This document shows positions 9,644 through 19,597 of a stretch of 64,000 bases of DNA, one piece after another. This DNA comes from an uncultured Acidimicrobiia bacterium (GTDB taxonomy: Bacteria; Actinomycetota; Acidimicrobiia; Spongiisociales; UBA4744), in contig CAYLHS010000001.1 in assembly GCA_964383535.1 (NCBI GenBank), positions 20,026 through 84,025 of the forward strand, given 5' to 3'. Under the pieces are notes generated by a model, which was not told the DNA's origin, searched no databases, and was given only the letters and a program-made list of their open reading frames with translations. Each line of letters opens with the position of its first letter. Within the stretch, counting starts at the first letter, position 1. The translations under genes were made by a program, and so were the position numbers.

Positions 9644-11131
9644 CTACGTGTTCTGGGGAAACCCCAGATCGACGCCACGATTGATCGGGTCACTCCACCG
9701 GGTGATCACGACCTTCGGACGCGTGTAGAAGTGAATGCCCTCCGGGCCGTAGATCGCATGGTCCCCGAACAAGGATTCCTTCCAACCACCGAACGAGTAG
9801 AAGCTCAGCGGCACCGGAATCGGCACGTTCACACCGACCATGCCGACCTGGATCTCCGTCTGGAAGGTGCGGGCAGCACCACCATCGTTGGTGAACACGG
9901 CGGTGCCGTTGCCCCACGGGTTGTCGTTCACGAGACGGATCGCATCTTCGAACGTCTCGGTACGTACGACCGACAGCACGGGACCGAAGATCTCGTCTTG
10001 GTAGATCGTCATGTCGGGGCTCACGTGATCAAAGAGGGTGGGCCCGACGAAAAAGCCTTCCTCGTGGTCGGCAACGTGGATCCCGCGGCCGTCGGCGAGC
10101 AAGGTCGCACCTTCCTCGACGCCCGTGTCGATGTAGCCGACCACCCGGTCCCGGTGCTGGGGTGTGACCAGCGGCCCCATATCCGACTCGGGATCGAGAC
10201 CCGGACCTACCTTCAGGCCCGCAATGCGCGCCTGAATCCTCGGCAGCACCTCGTCCGCTGCATCCCCGACCAGTACGAGAACCGAGATCGCCATGCAGCG
10301 CTCACCGGCCGATCCGAACCCGGCTGAGACGGCGGCGTCGGCAGCGAGGTCCATATCGGCGTCGGGCAAGACGACCATGTGGTTCTTGGCGCCCGCCAGC
10401 GCCTGCACACGCTTGCCTGAGGCCGTGGCGGTCTGATGAACGTAGCGCGCTATCGGGGTAGAACCGACGAAGCTGACTGCTCTGACATCGGGGTGTGTGA
10501 GCAAGCGGTCCACCGCGATCTTGTCGCCATGGACCACATTGAACACTCCCGGCGGCAACCCTGCCTCGGTGAAGAACTCGGCGAGCATGAGCGAGACCGA
10601 CGGATCCTTCTCCGACGGTTTGAGGACGAATGTGTTGCCCGTGGCGACGGCCACCGGGTACATCCACATGGGGACCATCGCCGGGAAATTGAACGGGGTG
10701 ATGCCTGCGACGACGCCGAGTGGTTGGCGGACAGTCAACGTGTCGACGTTGCGGGATACGTTTTCCGAGAAGTCGCCCTTGAGGAGGTGGGGAACACCGC
10801 ACGCGAACTCAACGACCTCCAGGCCCCGAGCCACCTCACCCTGTGCATCGGCGAACGTCTTGCCATGCTGTCGGGAGACCGTCCGTGCGAGATCGTCCGC
10901 GTGGCGGGAGAGGAGCTCCCGATACGCGAACAAGATGCGTGTTCTCGTCGTGAGCGAAGAATCGTGCCACTCGTCGAATGCCTCCAACGAGTTTGCGACA
11001 GCATCGTCGACATCTCCGACGGTCGCGAAACCGACCTGGTCGACCACCTGTCCGGTGGATGGGTCATAGATGCTCCCGGCGGACACGGGGTGTCTCTCGT
11101 GCGGTTTGCCACCGATCCAATGTGTGATCAC
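9644..11131 (-). CDS. mmsA: CoA-acylating methylmalonate/malonate-semialdehyde dehydrogenase
   Basis: GTG start preceded by a GGAGGA ribosome-binding site; N-term MITHWIGGK and active site GERCMA are typical of MMSDH-type ALDHs. Confidence 0.75.
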   Translation of the reverse strand: MITHWIGGKPHERHPVSAGSIYDPSTGQVVDQVGFATVGDVDDAVANSLEAFDEWHDSSLTTRTRILFAYRELLSRHADDLARTVSRQHGKTFADAQGEVARGLEVVEFACGVPHLLKGDFSENVSRNVDTLTVRQPLGVVAGITPFNFPAMVPMWMYPVAVATGNTFVLKPSEKDPSVSLMLAEFFTEAGLPPGVFNVVHGDKIAVDRLLTHPDVRAVSFVGSTPIARYVHQTATASGKRVQALAGAKNHMVVLPDADMDLAADAAVSAGFGSAGERCMAISVLVLVGDAADEVLPRIQARIAGLKVGPGLDPESDMGPLVTPQHRDRVVGYIDTGVEEGATLLADGRGIHVADHEEGFFVGPTLFDHVSPDMTIYQDEIFGPVLSVVRTETFEDAIRLVNDNPWGNGTAVFTNDGGAARTFQTEIQVGMVGVNVPIPVPLSFYSFGGWKESLFGDHAIYGPEGIHFYTRPKVVITRWSDPINRGVDLGFPQNT

Positions 11132-11159
11132 CGTGTTCCTCCGTTTCGCTCCAGACTAT

Positions 11160-12428
11160 TCACCGACCGAACCGGTCGAGTAGACGGAACCCCCAGGCCG
11201 CGAGCGGCAAGAACCACGGACGACTCCGGTAGTACCACCGTGTCGGATGGGGTATCTCGGCGAACGGACTCGACGCCAGGTCACCGGTCATCATCGCCGC
11301 GACGTCGATGCCGAGGTAGGTGCCGAGCGCCACGCCGTGGCCGCCGTAGCCCATTGCGTACCAGATGCCGTCATTCCTCCCGATGTGAGGAAGCAGATCG
11401 AAGGTGGCGGCGAGCTTCCCGCCCCAGCTGTGCGTGATCCCGTAGGGCTCGAGCCGGGGGAAGATCTCGAGCAGTCTGCGATGGAGATCCCGTCCGCTGT
11501 CATGGAGGTCGAGATCCGGCCTGAGGTTGCGCCGTCCCCCGATGAGGATCCGATCGTCCGGTGTACGGCGGATGTAGTTGAGGAACCGGCGGGCCGTCCA
11601 CAGCATGTGACCCCCAGGGATCAGCTCCTTCGCGAGATGTCCCGGAAGTGGCTCGGTGACGATCGAGTAGCTGCCGATCGGGACCACGCCACGGCGGATG
11701 TTCGGGAACAGCGACCCGGTGTAGCCGTTGGTCGCCACCAGCACCCGCCCCGCTTCGAGAGAGTCTCGACTGGTGACGATTCGATAGCCGGAGCCGGCTT
11801 TGTGAACGCCGGTCACCTCCGCGTGCTCCGTGATGGTTGCTCCTGCGCGTATCGCGGCGCGGGCCAGCCCGAACGTGTAGCGGGCGGGGTGCAGACCTCC
11901 GCTCACCGCGTCGGTGAGGGCAATCGAGAACAGGTCACTGCTCACCACCTTCCGGACGTCCGTGCCGGTCGATACCTCCATCGGGAAGCCGAGATGCTCG
12001 GTGCTCCATCGAGCGTCAGCGGACAGGTGCTCGATATCACGTCGGGTGAATCCGAGCTCGGCTGCACCGTACCTCGCGAAGGCACAATCGATGTCTTCGG
12101 ATCGGACGACGTCCTCGACTCTCTGGATGGCATCGATCGAAGCCTGCCAGAGCCTGAGACCCAGGTCGCCGTACTGGCGGAGAAGCGGCTCGACCGGGGG
12201 CTTGACCCCGTGGATGGTCATGCCGGCATTCATCCCGCTCGCTCCATCGCCAACGGTCTGAGCGTCGAGAACGGCGGTCGTGAGCCCGGCACGAGCCAGG
12301 ACCCTTGCAGCATTGAGACCCGTTATCCCGGCACCGATCACGGCAACGTCGACCGTGGCCGGAGGGTCGGTCGTCGGGAGGGTTTCGGAGTAGTCGTCGG
12401 TCCAGAAAGGAACGGTGCGAACGTCCAT
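11160..12428 (-). CDS. FAD-dependent oxidoreductase (DadA/PuuB-like amine or amino-acid oxidase)
   Basis: Start reset to MDVRTVPFW...; Rossmann FAD motif VAVIGAGITGLNAARVLA; lies upstream of and co-directional with mmsA. Confidence 0.65.
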   Translation of the reverse strand: MDVRTVPFWTDDYSETLPTTDPPATVDVAVIGAGITGLNAARVLARAGLTTAVLDAQTVGDGASGMNAGMTIHGVKPPVEPLLRQYGDLGLRLWQASIDAIQRVEDVVRSEDIDCAFARYGAAELGFTRRDIEHLSADARWSTEHLGFPMEVSTGTDVRKVVSSDLFSIALTDAVSGGLHPARYTFGLARAAIRAGATITEHAEVTGVHKAGSGYRIVTSRDSLEAGRVLVATNGYTGSLFPNIRRGVVPIGSYSIVTEPLPGHLAKELIPGGHMLWTARRFLNYIRRTPDDRILIGGRRNLRPDLDLHDSGRDLHRRLLEIFPRLEPYGITHSWGGKLAATFDLLPHIGRNDGIWYAMGYGGHGVALGTYLGIDVAAMMTGDLASSPFAEIPHPTRWYYRSRPWFLPLAAWGFRLLDRFGR

Positions 12429-12508
12429 GGCCGGAACGCTACTCAATTTCCTCGCACCGCACCGACCAGGCCGTCGGTCGCTGACTAACGTGCAATTGGG
12501 AGGACCGA

Positions 12509-14125
12509 ATGGCGGATCTGATACTGCGAGGCGGAACCATCTACACGATGGACGCAGCGCGGAGTCGGGGGACGTCCGTACTGATTCGTGATGGGCGAAT
12601 CCACGCCATCGGCCATCGTGACGCGTTCGGCCAAGGCCCCTCCACCGAGGTGATAGACCTCCACGGACGATTCGTCGTGCCGGGTTTCCAGGACGCCCAC
12701 ATTCACCCACCTTCGGGTGGTCTGGGACTCATGCGCTGCAACATGCACGACGACAAGACGAGGGAGGAGCATCTCGAGACGATCGGACGCTACGCCGCCG
12801 CGCATCCCGAGGAGGCGTGGATTCTGGGCGGCGGCTGGGCGATGGACGCGTTTCCCGGCGGCACACCAACACGCGAAGAACTCGACGCCATCATCCCCGA
12901 TCGGCCCGTGTTCCTCGTCAACAGGGATGGGCATGGAGCGTGGGTGAACTCGGTCGCACTCAAGCTCGCGGGAGTGGACCGGTCCACCCCCGATCCGGTC
13001 GACGGACGGATCGAACGCGATGCGTTGGGTGAGCCGGCCGGCACCCTCCAGGAGGGAGCGATGGAGCTGGTGTATCGAGTCCTTCCCGGAGACACCGAGG
13101 AAACGTACCTACGAGGCCTGAAGGTGGCGCAGGAGTATCTCCTGTCGCTCGGGATCACGGCATGGCAGGACGCCGAGGTGACTCCCCACACCGAGATCGC
13201 GTATCGGCGGCTCGCCGGCGAGGGCGAGCTCCACGCACACGTGGTCGGCGCCCTCTGGTGGGAACGTTCCGAAGGCGAGGAGCAGATCGAGAGACTCATC
13301 GAGCGCCGCTCAGAGGGGTTCGCTCCCGGGTTTCGACCGACAAGCGTCAAGATGATGCTCGACGGCGTGTTCGAGAACTTCACGGCTTCGATGATCGACC
13401 CTTATCTCGACGCAGCCGGTGCCTCTAGTGGCAACACCGGCATCGACTTCATCGATCGCGAGATGCTTCGACGGTACGTGACGATCCTGGACGCCGAGGG
13501 CTTTCAAGTCCACTTCCACGCCATTGGCGATAGTGCAGTCAGAAGCGCGCTCGACGCAGTCGAGTCGGCCCGCCGCGCCAACGGCTGGAACGACCACCGG
13601 CATCACATCTCACACATCCAGGTGGTCCACCCCGACGACATCCCACGCTTCCGCAGACTCGGTGTGATCGCCAACGGGCAACCGTTCTGGGCGTGCATGG
13701 ACGGGTACCAGAGCGAGCTGACGATCCCGTTCCTCGGCCCCGACAGAAGTGCAGGCCAGTACCCCTTCGGGTCGCTGCTCCGCAATGGGGCATCCCTGGC
13801 GTTTGGCAGCGACTGGTCGGTCTCGACGCCTGACCCGCTCCTGGAGATCGAAACGGCCGTCACGCGAATCTCGCCCGATGATCGAACCATGCCGGTGTTC
13901 TATCCCGATGAACGCATCGGGCTGCACGAAGCACTCGCGGCGTTCACGATCGGATCGGCCTACGCCAACCACCTCGAGGACCGGACCGGATCGATCGAGC
14001 CCGGGAAGCTCGCCGACCTCGTCGTCCTCGACAGGGACCCTTTCGAAGCGGAACCCATCGGCGAGACGAGAGTCGACCTCACCATGATCGAAGGCAAGAT
14101 CGTCTACACACGGGAGGGCTCATGA
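12509..14125 (+). CDS. amidohydrolase-3 family metal-dependent hydrolase
   Basis: GGGAGGA ribosome-binding site; N-term ILRGGTIYTMD...VVPGFQDAHIHP (HxH metal ligands); 538 aa. Confidence 0.7.
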   Translation: MADLILRGGTIYTMDAARSRGTSVLIRDGRIHAIGHRDAFGQGPSTEVIDLHGRFVVPGFQDAHIHPPSGGLGLMRCNMHDDKTREEHLETIGRYAAAHPEEAWILGGGWAMDAFPGGTPTREELDAIIPDRPVFLVNRDGHGAWVNSVALKLAGVDRSTPDPVDGRIERDALGEPAGTLQEGAMELVYRVLPGDTEETYLRGLKVAQEYLLSLGITAWQDAEVTPHTEIAYRRLAGEGELHAHVVGALWWERSEGEEQIERLIERRSEGFAPGFRPTSVKMMLDGVFENFTASMIDPYLDAAGASSGNTGIDFIDREMLRRYVTILDAEGFQVHFHAIGDSAVRSALDAVESARRANGWNDHRHHISHIQVVHPDDIPRFRRLGVIANGQPFWACMDGYQSELTIPFLGPDRSAGQYPFGSLLRNGASLAFGSDWSVSTPDPLLEIETAVTRISPDDRTMPVFYPDERIGLHEALAAFTIGSAYANHLEDRTGSIEPGKLADLVVLDRDPFEAEPIGETRVDLTMIEGKIVYTREGS

Positions 14126-14141
14126 AGCGGCGGGGGCCAAG

Positions 14142-15209
14142 GTGACGTCGGCAGCGGTGGAGCTGTCGGGGATCTCCAAGCGTTTCGGTGACGTGGAGGC
14201 GGTCAAGGATCTGGATCTCGCCATCGGTGATGGAGAGTTCTTCTCCCTGTTGGGACCATCAGGGTGTGGCAAGACCACGACGCTGCGCATGATCGCAGGT
14301 CTCGAGTTCCCCACCGAGGGGAGCATCCGCGTGTTCGGCGAGGAGATGGGTCTTCGACCTCCGAACAAGCGCCCCATCAACACGGTGTTCCAGTCATACG
14401 CCCTCTTCCCTCACATGACGGTTGCTGAGAACATCGGGTTCGGGCTCGAGATGCGCGGCGTCGAGCGTTCGGAGATCGACGGCAGGGTGAACGAGGCGGT
14501 GCAGCTCGTGCGTCTCGGCGGCATGGAACGGCGCAAACCGACTCAGCTCTCCGGCGGTCAGCAGCAGAGGGTGGCGCTTGCGCGTGCGCTGGTGAACCGT
14601 CCGAAGGTGCTGCTGCTCGACGAGCCGCTCGGCGCGCTCGACCTGAAACTCCGCCAGGCGATGCAGACAGAGTTGAAGGATCTTCAGGAGCGGGTCGGCA
14701 TCTCGTTCGTCTACGTCACCCACGACCAGGAGGAAGCGTTGACGATGTCCGATCGGATCGGCGTCATGAACGAGGGACTTCTCCTCCAGGTCGGCTCGCC
14801 GGAGCAGATCTACGAACACCCAGGGACGAGGTTCGTTGCGGACTTCATCGGAGAGACGGCGTTCGTCGATGGTGTCGTCGCGGAATCTGGTGTGGTGCGT
14901 CTGCCGAACGGGAGCACCGTCCGGACTCGCACCGACGTTCCTTCGGGCACTGCGGTGACGCTGGCTCTGCGTCCCGAACGGCTGTACCTCGCACCCTCCG
15001 ACGAGCCGGCACCTGCGTCGGTCAATCAGATCGAAGGGACCGTGCGCCGTCGCGTGTACCTGGGGAACGCCAACTTCTACGAGGTCGACGTCGGCTTCGA
15101 CACACTGAAGGTTCGGCTCGAGAACACCATCAGCGCCGCGACCTACGCACCCGGCGATGCGGTGGTCGTGCAGTGGCAGCCCGGATCGTCGAAGGCCCTG
15201 TCGGAATGA
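14142..15209 (+). CDS. potA: spermidine/putrescine ABC transporter ATP-binding protein
   Basis: Walker A GPSGCGKTT, ABC signature LSGGQQQRV, Walker B LLLDEPLGALD, and a C-terminal TOBE-like domain. Confidence 0.8.
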   Translation: MTSAAVELSGISKRFGDVEAVKDLDLAIGDGEFFSLLGPSGCGKTTTLRMIAGLEFPTEGSIRVFGEEMGLRPPNKRPINTVFQSYALFPHMTVAENIGFGLEMRGVERSEIDGRVNEAVQLVRLGGMERRKPTQLSGGQQQRVALARALVNRPKVLLLDEPLGALDLKLRQAMQTELKDLQERVGISFVYVTHDQEEALTMSDRIGVMNEGLLLQVGSPEQIYEHPGTRFVADFIGETAFVDGVVAESGVVRLPNGSTVRTRTDVPSGTAVTLALRPERLYLAPSDEPAPASVNQIEGTVRRRVYLGNANFYEVDVGFDTLKVRLENTISAATYAPGDAVVVQWQPGSSKALSE

Positions 15210-16090
15210 ACACGGAAGTGACGCCCGCCTCGCCCGATCTCGAACGGGCCGCGGAACGAGCGGAACGTCGAAGAGGCTTCCGGCTCGGACTACCCGGGTT
15301 CGTCTACCTGGTGATCTTCTTCGCGGTTCCTCTCGCGATGGTGTTCGTGTACTCCTTCGCGACGCGCAGCTCGACAGGCAAGACCCTGCTCCAGGACTGG
15401 AACCTCAACTCGTACGAAAGGCTCGCCGACCCGCTGGTGAGGCAGATCGCCTGGCGATCTCTTTGGTTGGCGCTCCTGGCCACCGTCATCTGCCTGATCC
15501 TCGCCTACCCGTTCGCCTACTTCATCGCGACCAGGCGGCCGGCCGTGCGCAACGCGCTCCTCGTTCTCGTGATGATCCCGTTCTGGTCGAACTTCCTGGT
15601 CAGGACGTACGCCTGGAGGGTGCTGTTGGGTTCCGACGGTCCAGTCTCACAGCTGACACAACTCCTCGGACTGGGTGACACTCGCATCCTGTTCACGCCA
15701 CTCGCCATCCTGATCGGTCTCGTGTATGGGTTCCTGCCGTTCATGGTGCTTCCGCTGTACGCGGCGATCGAGCGGATCGACTGGAGCCTCGTCGAAGCGG
15801 CGCGCGACCTCTACGCGAGCGGATGGCAAGCCTTCCGCAACGTCACGTTGCCGCTGAGCCGCCCAGGGGTGATCGCCGGATCCATCCTCGTGTTCATCCC
15901 GAGCCTGGGTGCGTACGTGACGCCGGAAATCCTCGGCGGAGCAAAGACGACGCTTCTGGGAAGCTACATCGTCCAGCAGTTCCTCGCCGCCCGGAACTGG
16001 CCGTTCGGATCGGCGCTCTCGTTCGCGGTCATGGCGGTCATGCTTGTGGCGACCCTCATCTACTTCAGAGAAGGAGGGCGGACACTGTGA
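15206..16090 (+). CDS. potB: spermidine/putrescine ABC transporter permease
   Basis: ATGA overlap with the potA stop; six predicted TM helices; EAA-like loop. Confidence 0.75.
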   Translation: MNTEVTPASPDLERAAERAERRRGFRLGLPGFVYLVIFFAVPLAMVFVYSFATRSSTGKTLLQDWNLNSYERLADPLVRQIAWRSLWLALLATVICLILAYPFAYFIATRRPAVRNALLVLVMIPFWSNFLVRTYAWRVLLGSDGPVSQLTQLLGLGDTRILFTPLAILIGLVYGFLPFMVLPLYAAIERIDWSLVEAARDLYASGWQAFRNVTLPLSRPGVIAGSILVFIPSLGAYVTPEILGGAKTTLLGSYIVQQFLAARNWPFGSALSFAVMAVMLVATLIYFREGGRTL

Positions 16091-16941
16091 ACTCCGGGAC
16101 CAGACCGAAGGGTCTCGTCGATCGACTCCTTGCCGCCAACTCCTGGATCGTCTACGCGTTCTTCTACGCCCCGATCTTCGTGCTGGTCTTCTTCTCCTTC
16201 AACGACAACCGCAACGTGGGCGTGTGGACGCATGCCAGCTTCCGTTGGTATGGGGAACTCGCCCAGAGCCAGGACATCATCCGATCCCTCAAGAACTCGC
16301 TGATCGTGGCCGCCGTATCCACCATCGTGTCGACCGTGATCGGCACCGCCGCAGCACTCTCGATGGAACGGTTCCGTTACCGGGGTCAGCGTACGTACGA
16401 CGCCCTGCTGTACCTGCCGATCATCATCCCCGATGTGACGATGGCAGTGATGATGCTGCTCTTCTTCGTCCAGGCGTTCGGGATCCTGAACGGCGCGTTC
16501 GGAACACGGATCGAACTCGGGCTGGGATCCATCTCTCTTGCCCACATTGCATTCAATATCTCGTTCGTCGCGGTGGTGGTGCGCGCGCGTCTGGCCCAAA
16601 TGGACTCGAGTCTGGAAGAGGCGGCACGCGACCTGTACGCGAGCCGCTGGCAGACCTTCAGGAAGGTGACCCTTCCGTTGATCATGCCGGGGGTGGCAGG
16701 CGGCGCACTCCTGGCACTCACCATGTCGCTCGACGACGTGGTGGTCACCAGCTTCGTGACGGGTCCAGGGTCGACGACACTGCCCGTATACGTGTTCGGC
16801 CTGGTGAAGAGGGGTGTGACGCCGCTGGTCAATGCCGTATCGACGCTCATGCTGGTAGCGTCGATGTTGTTGGTCGCAGGCTCGCTCTTTTTCCAGAGGA
16901 GTAGATCGACCAGTCATGGAGGAGGGACTGTTGAAACCTAG
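16087..16941 (+). CDS. potC: spermidine/putrescine ABC transporter permease
   Basis: GTGA overlap with the potB stop; EEAARDLYASRWQTFRKVTLP is a near-repeat of the corresponding PotB loop. Confidence 0.75.
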   Translation: MNSGTRPKGLVDRLLAANSWIVYAFFYAPIFVLVFFSFNDNRNVGVWTHASFRWYGELAQSQDIIRSLKNSLIVAAVSTIVSTVIGTAAALSMERFRYRGQRTYDALLYLPIIIPDVTMAVMMLLFFVQAFGILNGAFGTRIELGLGSISLAHIAFNISFVAVVVRARLAQMDSSLEEAARDLYASRWQTFRKVTLPLIMPGVAGGALLALTMSLDDVVVTSFVTGPGSTTLPVYVFGLVKRGVTPLVNAVSTLMLVASMLLVAGSLFFQRSRSTSHGGGTVET

Positions 16942-18061
16942 AACCACAATCATGACCGCCCTGCTGGTGGTGCTGCTCATGGTGATGATGTCGGCATGCA
17001 GCAGTACGGCCGAAACCACAACTACGGAGGCGGCACAGACGACGACCACCGCCGCAGAAGCGATGGGATGTTCGCCTGATCAAGTGGACGGAGACTTGAA
17101 CTTCTACAACTGGTCGGACTACATCGACCCGGACCTGATCTCCGCATTCCAAGATCAGTACGGCGTCACGGTCACCCAGGACTTCTATGAGTCGAACGAG
17201 GAGATGCTTGCCAAGATCCAAGCCGGTGTGCACTACGACTTGATCGTCCCATCCGACTACATGGTCGGGATCATGGTCGACGACGGCGATCTGATGAAGC
17301 TCGACAAGGCTGCGCTGACGAACCTGGGCAACCTGGATCCCGAGTTCACCGCCATGCCGTTCGATCCGACGGGCGACTATTCGGTGCCGTACCAGTGGGG
17401 TACGACAGGGCTCGGCGTCGATCTGGCGGTCGTCGGCGAGGATCACCCCTACTCGTGGGGGATCATCTTCGACCCTGCGATGAATCAGGGCCATCAGGTG
17501 TCCATGCTCAACGATGCCCGCGAAACGATGGGGGCGGCCCTCAAGTACCTGGGCTACTCCTTGAACAGCACGAGCCTCGACGAGCTTCAGCAGGCGGCCG
17601 ACCTCATCAAGTCGGCTAAGGACGTCATCGTCACGTTCGATTCGGACAACTACGACGAGAACCTGGTCAACGGTGAGGTGTCGATTTCGCACGGGTACAA
17701 CGGGAACTTCTTCACCGCGTTCGACGCCGCCGACAATCCGGACCAGTTCGAGTACTTCATGCCCGAGGAGGGCGGCACGATCTGGGTGGACAACATGGCG
17801 ATCCCCGCCAATGTCGACCATCCGTGCACGGCGCTCACGTTCATCAACTTCCTACTGGACGCCCAGAACGGAGCACAACTGACGAACTACAACTACTACG
17901 CGAGCCCGAACGCGGCGGCCAAGCAGTACATCAATCCCGAGATCCTCTCGGACACTGCTGTGTACCCGGACGAGGCGACGATGAAGCGCCTCGAGTTCAT
18001 CGAGGACACGGGCGACTTCGAGATCAACTACACGGACTACTTCAATCAGGCAAAGAGCTGA
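16916..18061 (+). CDS. potD: spermidine/putrescine ABC transporter substrate-binding lipoprotein
   Basis: Signal peptide with lipobox MMSAC; PotD/PotF-like periplasmic binding fold. The true start may be a TTG a few codons downstream of the GGAGGAGG ribosome-binding site. Confidence 0.7.
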   Translation: MEEGLLKPRTTIMTALLVVLLMVMMSACSSTAETTTTEAAQTTTTAAEAMGCSPDQVDGDLNFYNWSDYIDPDLISAFQDQYGVTVTQDFYESNEEMLAKIQAGVHYDLIVPSDYMVGIMVDDGDLMKLDKAALTNLGNLDPEFTAMPFDPTGDYSVPYQWGTTGLGVDLAVVGEDHPYSWGIIFDPAMNQGHQVSMLNDARETMGAALKYLGYSLNSTSLDELQQAADLIKSAKDVIVTFDSDNYDENLVNGEVSISHGYNGNFFTAFDAADNPDQFEYFMPEEGGTIWVDNMAIPANVDHPCTALTFINFLLDAQNGAQLTNYNYYASPNAAAKQYINPEILSDTAVYPDEATMKRLEFIEDTGDFEINYTDYFNQAKS

Positions 18062-18065
18062 TCGA

Positions 18066-18096
18066 GTGAAGGGGGTGGCTCCGCCACCCCCTTCAC
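18066..18096. terminator. GC-rich perfect hairpin between convergent potD and an ALDH gene (candidate bidirectional terminator)
   Basis: GTGAAGGGGGTGG-ctccg-CCACCCCCTTCAC: a 13-bp perfect stem with a 5-nt loop in the 31-nt gap between convergent genes; no U-tract. Confidence 0.45.
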
Positions 18097-19532
18097 CGCA
18101 CGTTGTCGAGGTCCAGCACCACGGTCTGAAGGTCGGTGAACTCCTCGATTCGACCTCGGCCCCAGCCGGTCTCGGTTCCAGCGGCACCGCCGAAGGGTTG
18201 GAACGTCTCCCAGAAGTCCGTCGAGTCGTTCACCACGACCGTCCCGGAGCGAACTCTGTCCGCATACCAGAACGCCTTCGACAGGCTCGAAGTGAACACG
18301 GCCGCCTGGAGACCGAGATTCGATCGATTGGCGATGGCCACGGCCTCTTCGTCGTCGCGAACGGTGATGATCGGCAGCACCGGCCCGAACGACTCCTCGG
18401 AGAACAGGGAGCTTTCCGGAGAGACGCCGTCGACGACGGTGAAGTGGTAGTAGAGATCTGTGGGGAAGCCTTCCGCCCGCCCGCCGCCGACGAGGACATC
18501 GGCGCCGCGGGCCATCGCGTCTGCGATCTGCCGATCCATCTTCGCCGCCGTCGGCTCGTTGTTGAGGGGCCCCATCGTGGTAGCCGAATCGAACGGATCT
18601 CCAAGACGCACGGCATCCGCTGCCTTGAGGGCCAGTGCGACGAATTCCTCGTGGACATCGTCGAGCACGATCACGCGTTCGGTCGCGCAGCACACCTGCC
18701 CGGCGTTGTAGTACGCCCCGTAGACGGCGAGCGACGCCGCAGCATCCAGGTTGGCGTCGCCGGTCACGATCGTAGGGCCGTTGCCCGACATCTCCATGAT
18801 CGAACGCTTGATGCCCATCGAAGAGATGATCTTCTTGCCGGTTGCCGTCGAACCGGTGAAACCCACGGCGTCGACTCCGCCGGAGGAGACGAGCTGCGCT
18901 CCGATCGACGGTCCACCGGGGATGATCGACACGGCCCCTTTCGGAACACCCGCCTCGTCGAAGGCCTCCGCCAACTTGAGGAGGGACCAGGATGTGAACT
19001 CCGGTGGTTTCACGATGAGTGCGTTACCGGTTGCGAGTCCGGGGCCGACATACTCGAGGGGGATCGTGACAGGGAAGTTCCATGGCGTGATCACGGCCCA
19101 GACACCGATCGGGCGTCTGAATGTGAACATGCGCTTGCTTCGTGACGACGTCGGGATGACCTCACCACCGAGACGCTTGGCGTCCTCGGCCGCATTCAAG
19201 AAGTACTGGTTGGCTTCCTGAATGTCCTCGAGGGACTCGGCGTGGAACGGCTTGCCCTGCTCCAGAGTCTGGATCCGGGCGATCTCGTCCACCATCGGCT
19301 CGATCGCTGCTGCGATGCGCGTGCACAGATCGGCTCGCTCGAACGCCGACCAATGGCGCATCTCGTCGGTCGCCTCACGCGCTGCCCGCACCGCCACGTC
19401 GAGATCGGCACGCGATGCGAGCGGTACGTTCGCGATGTGTTCGCCCGTCACGGGACTGTACAACTCATGCACCTGCTCGCCGGTTCCCTCGGTCCACTCG
19501 CCGGCGAGGTAGAGCTTCAAATCCTGCGCCAT
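18093..19532 (-). CDS. aldehyde dehydrogenase
   Basis: Start reset to MAQDLKLYLAGEW, with a GGAGG ribosome-binding site 7 nt upstream; ALDH motifs ELGGKDP-like and GQVCCA. Confidence 0.85.
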   Translation of the reverse strand: MAQDLKLYLAGEWTEGTGEQVHELYSPVTGEHIANVPLASRADLDVAVRAAREATDEMRHWSAFERADLCTRIAAAIEPMVDEIARIQTLEQGKPFHAESLEDIQEANQYFLNAAEDAKRLGGEVIPTSSRSKRMFTFRRPIGVWAVITPWNFPVTIPLEYVGPGLATGNALIVKPPEFTSWSLLKLAEAFDEAGVPKGAVSIIPGGPSIGAQLVSSGGVDAVGFTGSTATGKKIISSMGIKRSIMEMSGNGPTIVTGDANLDAAASLAVYGAYYNAGQVCCATERVIVLDDVHEEFVALALKAADAVRLGDPFDSATTMGPLNNEPTAAKMDRQIADAMARGADVLVGGGRAEGFPTDLYYHFTVVDGVSPESSLFSEESFGPVLPIITVRDDEEAVAIANRSNLGLQAAVFTSSLSKAFWYADRVRSGTVVVNDSTDFWETFQPFGGAAGTETGWGRGRIEEFTDLQTVVLDLDNVR

Positions 19533-19597
19533 GACGCTGCCTCCTTCGTGCAAACCATGCTAGGGACGGTCGCCGTGCCGGGTTCGCGCCGGGTAGC

